This document shows positions 50,601-64,000 of a stretch of DNA of 64,000 bases, one piece after another. Location of the stretch: assembly GCA_032718475.1 (NCBI GenBank), contig JAUCBJ010006976.1:1-64000 (forward strand). The letters run 5' to 3'. Source of the stretch: Nemertoderma westbladi. Taxonomy: Eukaryota > Animalia > Xenacoelomorpha. Made by a program: the position numbers and the translations under genes. The notes under the pieces were generated by a model, which was not told the DNA's origin, did not search any database, and worked only from the letters and a program-made list of their open reading frames with translations. The first letter of the stretch is position 1. Every line of letters begins with the position of its first letter.

Positions 50601-53600
50601 AAATAGCCGACACACTGAAGTGAGTAAAAGTTACCGTAATAAATAGCCGGCACACTGAAGTGAGTAAAAGTTACAGGAATAAATAGCCGGCACACTGAAG
50701 TGAGTAAAAGTTACCGTAATAAATAGCCGACACACTGAAGTGAGTAAAAGTTACAGGAATAAATAGCCGACACACTGAAGTGAGTAAAAATTACCGGAAT
50801 AAATAGCCGGCACACTGAAGTGAGTAAAAGTTACAGGAATAAATAGCCGACACACTGAAGTGAGTAAAAGTTACCGTAATAAATAGCCGACACACTGAAG
50901 TGAGTAAAAGTTACAGAAATAAATAGCCGACACACTGAAGTGAGTAAAAGTTACCGGAATAAATAACCGACACACTGAAGTGAGTAAAAGTTACAGGAAT
51001 AAATAGCCGACACACTGAAGTGAGTAAAAGTTACAGGAATAAATAGCCGACACACTGAAGTGAGTAAAAGTTACCGTAATAAATAGCCGACACACTGAAG
51101 TGAATAAAAGTTACAGGAATAAATAGCCGACACACTGAAGTGAGTAAAAGTTACCGTAATAAATAGCCGACACACTGAAGTGAGTAAAAGTTACAGGAAT
51201 AAATAGCCGACACACTGAAGTGAGTAAAAGTTACCGGAATAAATAACCGACACACTGAAGTGAGTAAAAGTTACAGGAATAAATAGCCGACACACTGAAG
51301 TGAGTAAAAGTTACAGGAATAAATAGCCGACACACTGAAGTGAGTAAAAGTTACCGGAATAAATAACCGACACACTGAAGTGAGTAAAAGTTACAGGAAT
51401 AAATAGCCGACACACTGAAGTGAGTAAAAGTTACAGGAATAAATAGCCGACACACTGAAGTGAGTAAAAGTTACAGGAATAAATAGCCGACACACTGAAG
51501 TGAGTAAAAGTTACAGGAATAAATAGCCGACACACTGAAGTGAGTAAAAGTTACAGGAATAAATAGCCGACACACTGAAGTGAGTAAAAGTTACCGTAAT
51601 AAATAGCCGACACACTGAAGTGAGTAAAAGTTACAGGAATAAATAGCCGGCACACTGAAGTGAGTAAAAGTTACAGGAATAAATAGCCGACACACTGAAG
51701 TGAGTAAAAGTTACCGTAATAAATAGCCGACACACTGGAGTGAGTAAAAGTTACCGGAATAAATAGCCGATACACTGAAGTGAGTAAAAGTTACAGGAAT
51801 AAATAGCCGGCACACTGAAGTGAGTAAAAGTTACCGTAATGAATAGCCGACACACTGAAGTGAGTAAAAGTTACAGGAATAAATAGCCGACACACTGAAG
51901 TGAGTAAAAGTTACAGGAATAAATAGCCGACACACTGAAGTGAGTAAAAGTTACAGGAATAAATAGCCGGCACACTGAAGTGAGTAAGAGTTACCGTAAT
52001 AAATAGCCGACACACTGAAGTGAGTAAAAGTTACCGGAATAAATAGCCGACACACTGAAGTGAGTAAAAGTTACAGGAATAAATAGCCGGCACACTGAAG
52101 TGAGTAAGAGTTACCGTAATAAATAGCCGACACACTGAAGTGAGTAAAAGTTACCGTAATAAATAGCCGGCACACTGAAGTGAGTAAAAGTTACAGGAAT
52201 AAATAGCCGGCACACTGAAGTGAGTAAAAGTTTCCGTAATAAATAGCCGGCACACTGAAGTGAGTAAAAGTTACCGTAATAAATAGCCGGCACACTGAAG
52301 TGAGTAAAAGTTACAGGAATAAATAGCCGACACACTGAAGTGAGTAAAAGTTACCGGAATAAATAACCGACACACTGAAGTGAGTAAAAGTTACAGGAAT
52401 AAATAGTCGACACACTGAAGTGAGTAAAAGTTACCGTAATAAATAGCCGACACACTGAAGTGAGTAAAAGTTACCGTAATAAATAGCCGGCACACTGAAG
52501 TGAGTAAAAGTTACAGGAATAAATAGCCGGCACACTGAAGTGAGTAAAAGTTACAGGAATAAATAGCCGACACACTGAAGTGAGTAAAAGTTACAGGAAT
52601 AAATAGCCGACACACTGAAGTGAGTAAAAGTTACCGTAATAAATAGCCGGCACACTGAAGTGAGTAAAAGTTACAGGAATAAATAGCCGGCACACTGAAG
52701 TGAGTAAGAGTTACCGTAATAAATAGCCGACACACTGAAGTGAGTAAAAGTTACCGTAATAAATAGCCGGTACACTGAAGTGAGTAAAAGTTACAGGAAT
52801 AAATAGCCGACACACTGAAGTGAGTAAAAGTTACCGTAATAAATAGCCGGCACACTGAAGTGAGTAAAAGTTACCGTAATAAATAGCCGACACACTGAAG
52901 TGAGTAAAAGTTACCGGAATAAATAGCCGACACACTGGAGTGAGTAAAAGTTACCGGAATAAATAACCGACACACTGAAGTGAGTAAAAGTTACAGGAAT
53001 AAATAGCTGACACACTGTAGTGAGTAAAAGTTACCGTAATAAATAGCCGACACACTGAAGTGAGTAAAAGTTACAGGAATAAATAGCCGACACACTGAAG
53101 TGAGTAAAAGTTACCGTAATAAATAGCCGACACACTGTAGTGAGTAAAAGTTACCGTAATAAATAGCCGACACACTGAAGTGAGTAAAAGTTACAGGAAT
53201 AAATAGCCGACACACTGAAGTGAGTAAAAGTTACAGGAATAAATAGCCGACACACTGAAGTGAGTAAAAGTTACCGTAATAAATAGCCGGCACACTGAAG
53301 TGAGTAAAAGTTACCGTAATAAATAGCCGACACACTGAAGTGAGTAAAAGTTACAGAAATAAATAGCCGACACACTGAAGTGAGTAAAAGTTACAGGAAT
53401 AAATAGCTGACACACTGTAGTGAGTAAAAGTTACCGTAATAAATAGCCGACACACTGAAGTGAGTAAAAGTTACAGGAATAAATAGCCGACACACTGAAG
53501 TGAGTAAAAGTTACCGTAATAAATAGCCGGCACACTGAAGTGAGTAAAAGTTACCGTAATAAATAGCCGACACACTGAAGTGAGTAAAAGTTACAGGAAT

Positions 53601-56600
53601 AAATAGCCGACACACTGAAGTGAGTAAAAATTACCGGAATAAATAGCCGGCACACTGAAGTGAGTAAAAGTTACAGGAATAAATAGCCGACACACTGAAG
53701 TGAGTAAAAGTTACCGTAATAAATAGCCGACACACTGAAGTGAGTAAAAGTTACAGAAATAAATAGCCGACACACTGAAGTGAGTAAAAGTTACCGGAAT
53801 AAATAACCGACACACTGAAGTGAGTAAAAGTTACAGGAATAAATAGCCGACACACTGAAGTGAGTAAAAGTTACAGGAATAAATAGCCGACACACTGAAG
53901 TGAGTAAAAGTTACCGTAATAAATAGCCGACACACTGAAGTGAATAAAAGTTACAGGAATAAATAGCCGACACACTGAAGTGAGTAAAAGTTACCGTAAT
54001 AAATAGCCGACACACTGAAGTGAGTAAAAGTTACAGGAATAAATAGCCGACACACTGAAGTGAGTAAAAGTTACCGGAATAAATAACCGACACACTGAAG
54101 TGAGTAAAAGTTACAGGAATAAATAGCCGACACACTGAAGTGAGTAAAAGTTACAGGAATAAATAGCCGACACACTGAAGTGAGTAAAAGTTACCGGAAT
54201 AAATAACCGACACACTGAAGTGAGTAAAAGTTACAGGAATAAATAGCCGACACACTGAAGTGAGTAAAAGTTACAGGAATAAATAGCCGACACACTGAAG
54301 TGAGTAAAAGTTACAGGAATAAATAGCCGACACACTGAAGTGAGTAAAAGTTACAGGAATAAATAGCCGACACACTGAAGTGAGTAAAAGTTACAGGAAT
54401 AAATAGCCGACACACTGAAGTGAGTAAAAGTTACCGTAATAAATAGCCGACACACTGAAGTGAGTAAAAGTTACAGGAATAAATAGCCGGCACACTGAAG
54501 TGAGTAAAAGTTACAGGAATAAATAGCCGACACACTGAAGTGAGTAAAAGTTACCGTAATAAATAGCCGACACACTGGAGTGAGTAAAAGTTACCGGAAT
54601 AAATAGCCGATACACTGAAGTGAGTAAAAGTTACAGGAATAAATAGCCGGCACACTGAAGTGAGTAAAAGTTACCGTAATGAATAGCCGACACACTGAAG
54701 TGAGTAAAAGTTACAGGAATAAATAGCCGACACACTGAAGTGAGTAAAAGTTACAGGAATAAATAGCCGACACACTGAAGTGAGTAAAAGTTACAGGAAT
54801 AAATAGCCGGCACACTGAAGTGAGTAAGAGTTACCGTAATAAATAGCCGACACACTGAAGTGAGTAAAAGTTACCGGAATAAATAGCCGACACACTGAAG
54901 TGAGTAAAAGTTACAGGAATAAATAGCCGGCACACTGAAGTGAGTAAGAGTTACCGTAATAAATAGCCGACACACTGAAGTGAGTAAAAGTTACCGTAAT
55001 AAATAGCCGGCACACTGAAGTGAGTAAAAGTTACAGGAATAAATAGCCGGCACACTGAAGTGAGTAAAAGTTTCCGTAATAAATAGCCGGCACACTGAAG
55101 TGAGTAAAAGTTACCGTAATAAATAGCCGGCACACTGAAGTGAGTAAAAGTTACAGGAATAAATAGCCGACACACTGAAGTGAGTAAAAGTTACCGGAAT
55201 AAATAACCGACACACTGAAGTGAGTAAAAGTTACAGGAATAAATAGTCGACACACTGAAGTGAGTAAAAGTTACCGTAATAAATAGCCGACACACTGAAG
55301 TGAGTAAAAGTTACCGTAATAAATAGCCGGCACACTGAAGTGAGTAAAAGTTACAGGAATAAATAGCCGGCACACTGAAGTGAGTAAAAGTTACAGGAAT
55401 AAATAGCCGACACACTGAAGTGAGTAAAAGTTACAGGAATAAATAGCCGACACACTGAAGTGAGTAAAAGTTACCGTAATAAATAGCCGGCACACTGAAG
55501 TGAGTAAAAGTTACAGGAATAAATAGCCGGCACACTGAAGTGAGTAAGAGTTACCGTAATAAATAGCCGACACACTGAAGTGAGTAAAAGTTACCGTAAT
55601 AAATAGCCGGTACACTGAAGTGAGTAAAAGTTACAGGAATAAATAGCCGACACACTGAAGTGAGTAAAAGTTACCGTAATAAATAGCCGGCACACTGAAG
55701 TGAGTAAAAGTTACCGTAATAAATAGCCGACACACTGAAGTGAGTAAAAGTTACCGGAATAAATAGCCGACACACTGGAGTGAGTAAAAGTTACCGGAAT
55801 AAATAACCGACACACTGAAGTGAGTAAAAGTTACAGGAATAAATAGCTGACACACTGTAGTGAGTAAAAGTTACCGTAATAAATAGCCGACACACTGAAG
55901 TGAGTAAAAGTTACAGGAATAAATAGCCGACACACTGAAGTGAGTAAAAGTTACCGTAATAAATAGCCGACACACTGTAGTGAGTAAAAGTTACCGTAAT
56001 AAATAGCCGACACACTGAAGTGAGTAAAAGTTACAGGAATAAATAGCCGACACACTGAAGTGAGTAAAAGTTACAGGAATAAATAGCCGACACACTGAAG
56101 TGAGTAAAAGTTACCGTAATAAATAGCCGGCACACTGAAGTGAGTAAAAGTTACCGTAATAAATAGCCGACACACTGAAGTGAGTAAAAGTTACAGGAAT
56201 AAATAGCCGACACACTGAAGTGAGTAAAAGTTACCGTAATAAATAGCCGACACACTGAAGTGAGTAAAAGTTACCGGAATAAATAGCCGACACACTGGAG
56301 TGAGTAAAAGTTACCGGAATAAATAACCGACACACTGAAGTGAGTAAAAGTTACAGGAATAAATAGCCGACACACTGAAGTGAGTAAAAGTTACCGGAAT
56401 AAATAACCGACACACTGAAGTGAGTAAAAGTTACCGGAATAAATAGCCGACACACTGAAGTGAGTAAAAGTTACAGGAATAAATAGCCGACACACTGAAG
56501 TGAGTAAAAGTTACAGGAATAAATAGCCGACACACTGAAGTGAGTAAAAGTTACCGTAATAAATAGCCGACATACTGAAGTGAGTAAAAGTTACAGGAAT

Positions 56601-59600
56601 AAATAGCTGACACACTGAAGTGAGTAAAAGTTACCGTAATAAATAGCCGACACACTGAAGTGAGTAAAAGTTACCGGAATAAATAGCTGACACACTGGAG
56701 TGAGTAAAAGTTACCGTAATAAATAGCCGACACACTGAAGTGAGTAAAAGTTACCGGAATAAATAGCCGACAAACTGAAGTGAGTAAAAGTTACAGGAAT
56801 AAATAGCCGACACACTGAAGTGAGTAAAAGTTACCGTAATAAATAGCCGACACACTGAAGTGAGTAAAAGTTACCGGAATAAATAACCGACACACTGAAG
56901 TGAGTAAAAGTTACCGTAATAAATAGCCGACACACTGAAGTGAGTAAAAGTTACCGGAATAAATAGCCGACACACTGGAGTGAGTAAAAGTTACCGGAAT
57001 AAATAACCGACACACTGAAGTGAGTAAAAGTTACAGGAATAAATAGCCGACACACTGAAGTGAGTAAAAGTTACCGTAATAAATAGCCGACACACTGAAG
57101 TGAGTAAAAGTTACAGGAATAAATAGCCGACACACTGAAGTGAGTAAAAGTTACCGTAATAAATAGCCGACACACTGGAGTGAGTAAAAGTTACCGGAAT
57201 AAATAACCGACACACTGAAGTGAGTAAAAGTTACAGGAATAAATAGCCGACACACTGAAGTGAGTAAAAGTTACCGGAATAAATAACCGACACACTGAAG
57301 TGAGTAAAAGTTACCGGAATAAATAGCCGACACACTGAAGTGAGTAAAAGTTACCGGAATAAATAGCCGACACACTGGAGTGAGTAAAAGTTACCGGAAT
57401 AAATAACCGACACACTGAAGTGAGTAAAAGTTACAGGAATAAATAGCCGAAACACTGAAGTGAGTAAAAGTTACCGGAATAAATAACCGACACACTGAAG
57501 TGAGTAAAAGTTACCGGAATAAATAGCCGACACACTGAAGTGAGTAAAAGTTACAGGAATAAATAGCCGACACACTGAAGTGAGTAAAAGTTACAGGAAT
57601 AAATAGCCGACACACTGAAGTGAGTAAAAGTTACCGTAATAAATAGCCGACACACTGAAGTGAGTAAAAGTTACAGGAATAAATAGCCGACACACTGAAG
57701 TGAGTAAGAGTTACCGTAATAAATAGCCGACACACTGAAGTGAGTAAAAGTTACCGGAATAAATAGCTGACACACTGGAGTGAGTAAAAGTTACCGTAAT
57801 AAATAGCCGACACACTGAAGTGAGTAAAAGTTACCGGAATAAATAGCCGACAAACTGAAGTGAGTAAAAGTTACAGGAATAAATAGCCGACACACTGAAG
57901 TGAGTAAAAGTTACCGGAATAAATAGCCGACACACTGGAGTGAGTAAAAGTTACCGGAATAAATAACCGACACACTGAAGTGAGTAAAAGTTACAGGAAT
58001 AAATAGCCGACACACTGAAGTGAGTAAAAGTTACCGGAATAAATAACCGACACACTGAAGTGAGTAAAAGTTACCGGAATAAATAGCCGACACACTGAAG
58101 TGAGTAAAAGTTACAGGAATAAATAGCCGACACACTGAAGTGAGTAAAAGTTACAGGAATAAATAGCCGACACACTGAAGTGAGTAAAAGTTACCGTAAT
58201 AAATAGCCGACACACTGAAGTGAGTAAAAGTTACAGGAATAAATAGCCGACACACTGAAGTGAGTAAAAGTTACCGTAATAAATAGCCGACACACTGAAG
58301 TGAGTAAAAGTTACCGGAATAAATAGCTGACACACTGGAGTGAGTAAAAGTTACCGTAATAAATAGCCGACACACTGAAGTGAGTAAAAGTTACCGGAAT
58401 AAATAGCCGACAAACTGAAGTGAGTAAAAGTTACAGGAATAAATAGCCGACACACTGAAGTGAGTAAAAGTTACCGTAATAAATAGCCGACACACTGAAG
58501 TGAGTAAAAGTTACCGTAATAAATAGCCGACACACTGAAGTGAGTAAAAGTTACAGGAATAAATAGCCGACACACTGAAGTGAGTAAAAGTTACCGTAAT
58601 AAATAGCCGACACACTGAAGTGAGTAAAAGTTACCGTAATAAATAGCCGACACACTGAAGTGAGTAAAAGTTACCGGAATAAATAGCCGACACACTGAAG
58701 TGAGTAAAAGTTACCGTAATAAATAGCCGACACACTGAAGTGAGTAAAAGTTACCGTAATAAATAGCCGACACACTGAAGTGAGTAAAAGTTACCGGAAT
58801 AAATAGCCGACACACTGAAGTGAGTAAAAGTTACCGTAATAAATAGCCGACACACTGAAGTGAGTAAAAGTTACCGGAATAAATAGCCGGCACACTGAAG
58901 TGAGTAAAAGTTACCGTAATAAATAGCCGACACACTGAAGTGAGTAAAAGTTACCGTAATAAATAGCCGACACACTGAAGTGAGTAAAAGTTACCGTAAT
59001 AAATAGCCGACACACTGAAGTGAGTAAAAGTTACCGTAATAAATAGCCGACACACTGAAGTGAGTAAAAGTTACAGGAATAAATAGCCGACACACTGAAG
59101 TGAGTAAAAGTTACCGTAATAAATAGCCGACACACTGAAGTGAGTAAAAGTTACCGTAATAAATAGCCGACACACTGAAGTGAGTAAAAGTTACAGGAAT
59201 AAATAGCCGACACACTGAAGTGAGTAAAAGTTACCGTAATAAATAGCCGACACACTGAAGTGAGTAAAAGTTACCGTAATAAATAGCCGACACACTGAAG
59301 TGAGTAAAAGTTACCGTAATAAATAGCCGACACACTGAAGTGAGTAAAAGTTACCGTAATAAATAGCCGACACACTGAAGTGAGTAAAAGTTACCGTAAT
59401 AAATAGCCGACACACTGAAGTGAGTAAAAGTTACCGTAATAAATAGCCGACACACTGATGAAGTGAGTAAAAGTTACCGGAATAAATAGCCGACACACTG
59501 AAGTGAGTAAAAGTTACCGTAATAAATAGCCGACACACTGAAGTGAGTAAAAGTTACCGTAATAAATAGCCGACACACTGAAGTGAGTAAAAGTTACCGT

Positions 59601-62600
59601 AATAAATAGCCGACACACTGAAGTGAGTAAAAGTTACCGTAATAAATAGCCGACACACTGAAGTGAGTAAAAGTTACAGGAATAAATAGCCGACACACTG
59701 AAGTGAGTAAAAGTTACAGGAATAAATAGCCGACACACTGAAGTGAGTAAAAGTTACCGTAATAAATAGCCGACACACTGAAGTGAGTAAAAGTTACCGT
59801 AATAAATAGCCGACACACTGAAGTGAGTAAAAGTTACAGGAATAAATAGCCGACACACTGAAGTGAGTAAAAGTTACCGTAATAAATAGCCGACACACTG
59901 AAGTGAGTAAAAGTTACCGTAATAAATAGCCGACACACTGAAGTGAGTAAAAGTTACCGTAATAAATAGCCGACACACTGAAGTGAGTAAAAGTTACCGT
60001 AATAAATAGCCGACACACTGAAGTGAGTAAAAGTTACCGTAATAAATAGCCGACACACTGAAGTGAGTAAAAGTTACCGTAATAAATAGCCGACACACTG
60101 AAGTGAGTAAAAGTTACCGTAATAAATAGCCGACACACTGAAGTGAGTAAAAGTTACAGGAATAAATAGCCGACACACTGAAGTGAGTAAAAGTTACAGG
60201 AATAAATAGCCGACACACTGAAGTGAGTAAAAGTTACCGTAATAAATAGCCGACACACTGAAGTGAGTAAAAGTTACCGTAATAAATAGCCGACACACTG
60301 AAGTGAGTAAAAGTTACCGTAATAAATAGCCGACACACTGAAGTGAGTAAAAGTTACAGGAATAAATAGCCGACACACTGAAGTGAGTAAAAGTTACCGT
60401 AATAAATAGCCGACACACTGGAGTGAGTAAAAGTTACCGGAATAAATAGCCGATACACTGAAGTGAGTAAAAGTTACAGGAATAAATAGCCGGCACACTG
60501 AAGTGAGTAAAAGTTACCGTAATGAATAGCCGACACACTGAAGTGAGTAAAAGTTACAGGAATAAATAGCCGACACACTGAAGTGAGTAAAAGTTACAGG
60601 AATAAATAGCCGACACACTGAAGTGAGTAAAAGTTACAGGAATAAATAGCCGGCACACTGAAGTGAGTAAGAGTTACCGTAATAAATAGCCGACACACTG
60701 AAGTGAGTAAAAGTTACCGGAATAAATAGCCGACACACTGAAGTGAGTAAAAGTTACAGGAATAAATAGCCGGCACACTGAAGTGAGTAAGAGTTACCGT
60801 AATAAATAGCCGACACACTGAAGTGAGTAAAAGTTACCGTAATAAATAGCCGGCACACTGAAGTGAGTAAAAGTTACAGGAATAAATAGCCGGCACACTG
60901 AAGTGAGTAAAAGTTACCATAATAAATAGCCGGCACACTGAAGTGAGTAAAAGTTACCGTAATAAATAGCCGGCACACTGAAGTGAGTAAAAGTTACAGG
61001 AATAAATAGCCGACACACTGAAGTGAGTAAAAGTTACCGGAATAAATAACCGACACACTGAAGTGAGTAAAAGTTACAGGAATAAATAGTCGACACACTG
61101 AAGTGAGTAAAAGTTACCGTAATAAATAGCCGACACACTGAAGTGAGTAAAAGTTACCGTAATAAATAGCCGGCACACTGAAGTGAGTAAAAGTTACAGG
61201 AATAAATAGCCGGCACACTGAAGTGAGTAAAAGTTACAGGAATAAATAGCCGACACACTGAAGTGAGTAAAAGTTACAGGAATAAATAGCCGACACACTG
61301 AAGTGAGTAAAAGTTACCGTAATAAATAGCCGGCACACTGAAGTGAGTAAAAGTTACAGGAATAAATAGCCGGCACACTGAAGTGAGTAAGAGTTACCGT
61401 AATAAATAGCCGACACACTGAAGTGAGTAAAAGTTACCGTAATAAATAGCCGACACACTGAAGAAGTGAGTAAAAGTTACCGTAATAAATAGCCGACACA
61501 CTGAAGTGAGTAAAAGTTACCGGAATAAATAGCTGACACACTGAAGTGAGTAAAAGTTACCGTAATAAATAGCCGACACACTGAAGTGAGTAAAAGTTAC
61601 CGTAATAAATAGCCGACACACTGGAGTGAGTAAAAGTTACCGTAATAAATAGCCGACACACTGAAGTGAGTAAAAGTTACCGTAATAAATAGCCGACACA
61701 CTGGAGTGAGTAAAAGTTACCGGAATAAATAGCCGACACACTGAATGAAGTGAGTAAAAGTTACCGTAATAAATAGCCGACGCACTGAAGTGAGTAAAAG
61801 TTACCGTAATAAATAGCCGACACACTGAAGTGAGTAAAAGTTACCGTAATAAATAGCCGACACACTGAAGTGAGTAAAAGTTACCGGAATAAATAGCCGA
61901 CACACTGAATGAAGTGAGTAAAAGTTACCGTAATAAATAGCCGACGCACTGAAGTGAGTAAAAGTTACCGTAATAAATAGCCGACACACTGAAGTGAGTA
62001 AAAGTTACAGGAATAAATAGCCGACACACTGAAGTGAGTAAAAGTTACAGGAATAAATAGCCGACACACTGAAGTGAGTAAAAGTTACAGGAATAAATAG
62101 CCGACACACTGAAGTGAGTAAAAGTTACCGTAATAAATAGCCGGCACACTGAAGTGAGTAAAAGTTACCGTAATAAATAGCCGACACACTGAAGTGAGTA
62201 AAAGTTACCGTAATAAATAGCCGACACACTGAAGTGAGTAAAAGTTACAGGAATAAATAGCCGACACACTGAAGTGAGTAAAAGTTACCGTAATAAATAG
62301 CCGACACACTGAAGTGAGTAAAAGTTACAGGAATAAATAGCCGACACACTGAAGTGAGTAAAAGTTACCGTAATAAATAGCCGACACACTGAAGTGAGTA
62401 AAAGTTACAGGAATAAATAGCCGACACACTGAAGTGAGTAAAAGTTACCGGAATAAATAACCGACACACTGAAGTGAGTAAAAGTTACAGGAATAAATAG
62501 CCGACACACTGAAGTGAGTAAAAGTTACAGGAATAAATAGCCGACACACTGAAGTGAGTAAAAGTTACCGTAATAAATAGCCGACACACTGAAGTGAGTA

Positions 62601-64000
62601 AAAGTTACAGGAATAAATAGCCGACACACTGAAGTGAGTAAAAGTTACCGTAATAAATAGCCGACACACTGCAGTGAGTAAAAGTTACCGGAATAAATAG
62701 CCGACACACTGAAGTGAGTAAAAGTTACCGGAATAAATAGCCGACACACTGAAGTGAGTAAAAGTTACCGTAATAAATAGCCGACACACTGAAGTGAGTA
62801 AAAGTTACCGTAATAAATAGCCGACACACTGAAGTGAGTAAAAGTTACCGTAATAAATAGCCGACACACTGAAGTGAGTAAAAGTTACCGGAATAAATAG
62901 CCGACACACTGAAGTGAGTAAAAGTTACCGGAATAAATAGCCGACACACTGAAGTGAGTAAAGGTTACCGTAATAAATAGCCGACACACTGAAGTGAGTA
63001 AAAGTTACCGTAATAAATAGCCGACACACTGAAGTGAGTAAAAGTTACCGTAATAAATAGCCGACACACTGAAGTGAGTAAAAGTTACCGGAATAAATAG
63101 CCGACACACTGAAGTGAGTAAAAGTTACCGTAATAAATAGCCGACACACTGAAGTGAGTAAAAGTTACCGTAATAAATAGCCGACACACTGAAGTGAGTA
63201 AAAGTTACAGGAATAAATAGCCGACACACTGAAGTGAGTAAAATTTACCGTAATAAATAGCCGACACACTGAAGTGAGTAAAAGTTACCGGAATAAATAG
63301 CCGACACACTGAAGTGAGTAAAAGTTACCGTAATAAATAGCCGACACACATGAAGTGAGTAAAAGTTACCGTAATAAATAGCCGACACACTGAAGTGAGT
63401 AAAAGTTACAGGAATAAATAGCCGACACACTGAAGTGAGTAAAAGTTACCGTAATAAATAGCCGACACACTGAAGTGAGTAAAAGTTACAGGAATAAATA
63501 GCCGACACACTGAAGTGAGTAAAAGTTACCGTAATAAATAGCCGACACACTGAAGTGAGTAAAAGTTACAGGAATAAATAGCCGACACACTGAAGTGAGT
63601 AAAAGTTACCGGAATAAATAACCGACACACTGAAGTGAGTAAAAGTTACAGGAATAAATAGCCGACACACTGAAGTGAGTAAAAGTTACAGGAATAAATA
63701 GCCGACACACTGAAGTGAGTAAAAGTTACCGTAATAAATAGCCGACACACTGAAGTGAGTAAAAGTTACAGGAATAAATAGCCGACACACTGAAGTGAGT
63801 AAAAATTACCGGAATAAATAGCCGGCACACTGAAGTGAGTAAAAGTTACAGGAATAAATAGCCGACACACTGAAGTGAGTAAAAGTTACAGGAATAAATA
63901 GCCAACACACTGAAGTGAGTAAAAGTTACAGGAATAAATAGCCGACACACTGAAGTGAGTAAAAGTTACAGGAATAAATAGCCGACACACTGAATTGAGT
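20617..64000 (+). repeat. Intronic 40-bp satellite array (>43 kb, ~1,080 units, runs off the window) derived from the JIP3 exon 3 donor junction
   Basis: Unit CACACTGAA|GTGAGTAAAAGTTAC(CGT/AGG/CGG)AATAAATAGCCG(A/G); the first unit overlaps the last 9 nt of exon 3. Confidence 0.98.

Noticed and set aside
25437-63430. Dozens of minus-strand ORFs (MCRLFITVTFTHFSV...)
   Set aside because: By-products of the 40-bp period; they open only where point variants remove a stop codon.
20617-64000. CRISPR array interpretation of the regular 40-bp repeat
   Set aside because: Units are head-to-tail with no unique spacers, there are no cas genes, and the context is a spliced eukaryotic gene.

Overview
AT-rich metazoan (invertebrate-like) genomic DNA. 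The first ~20.6 kb hold three coding exons of a JIP3/JIP4-family gene (MAPK8IP3/SPAG9, sunday driver/unc-16) on the + strand (18974-19357, 20257-20377, 20555-20625). A second, divergent RH1-domain exon lies far upstream (952-1167) and ends at the same phase-0 position as canonical exon 1. Between the two lie a complete type III hammerhead ribozyme (1379-1432), a decayed Penelope-like element with three nested insertions, RTE-like LINE copies, MITEs and minisatellites. There is also an intronless antisense ~1000-aa gene for a type II membrane protein with a repetitive N/Q/G/V-rich N-terminus and a C-terminal fibrinogen-like domain. The remaining ~43 kb (20617 to the window end) is a 40-bp tandem array of roughly 1,080 units. 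Each unit is an amplified copy of the JIP3 exon 3/intron 3 junction, carrying the 5' splice site (GAA|GTGAGT), an AATAAA and a stop codon in the JIP3 frame. All calls were made by eye; family assignments rest on remembered motifs, not database searches.
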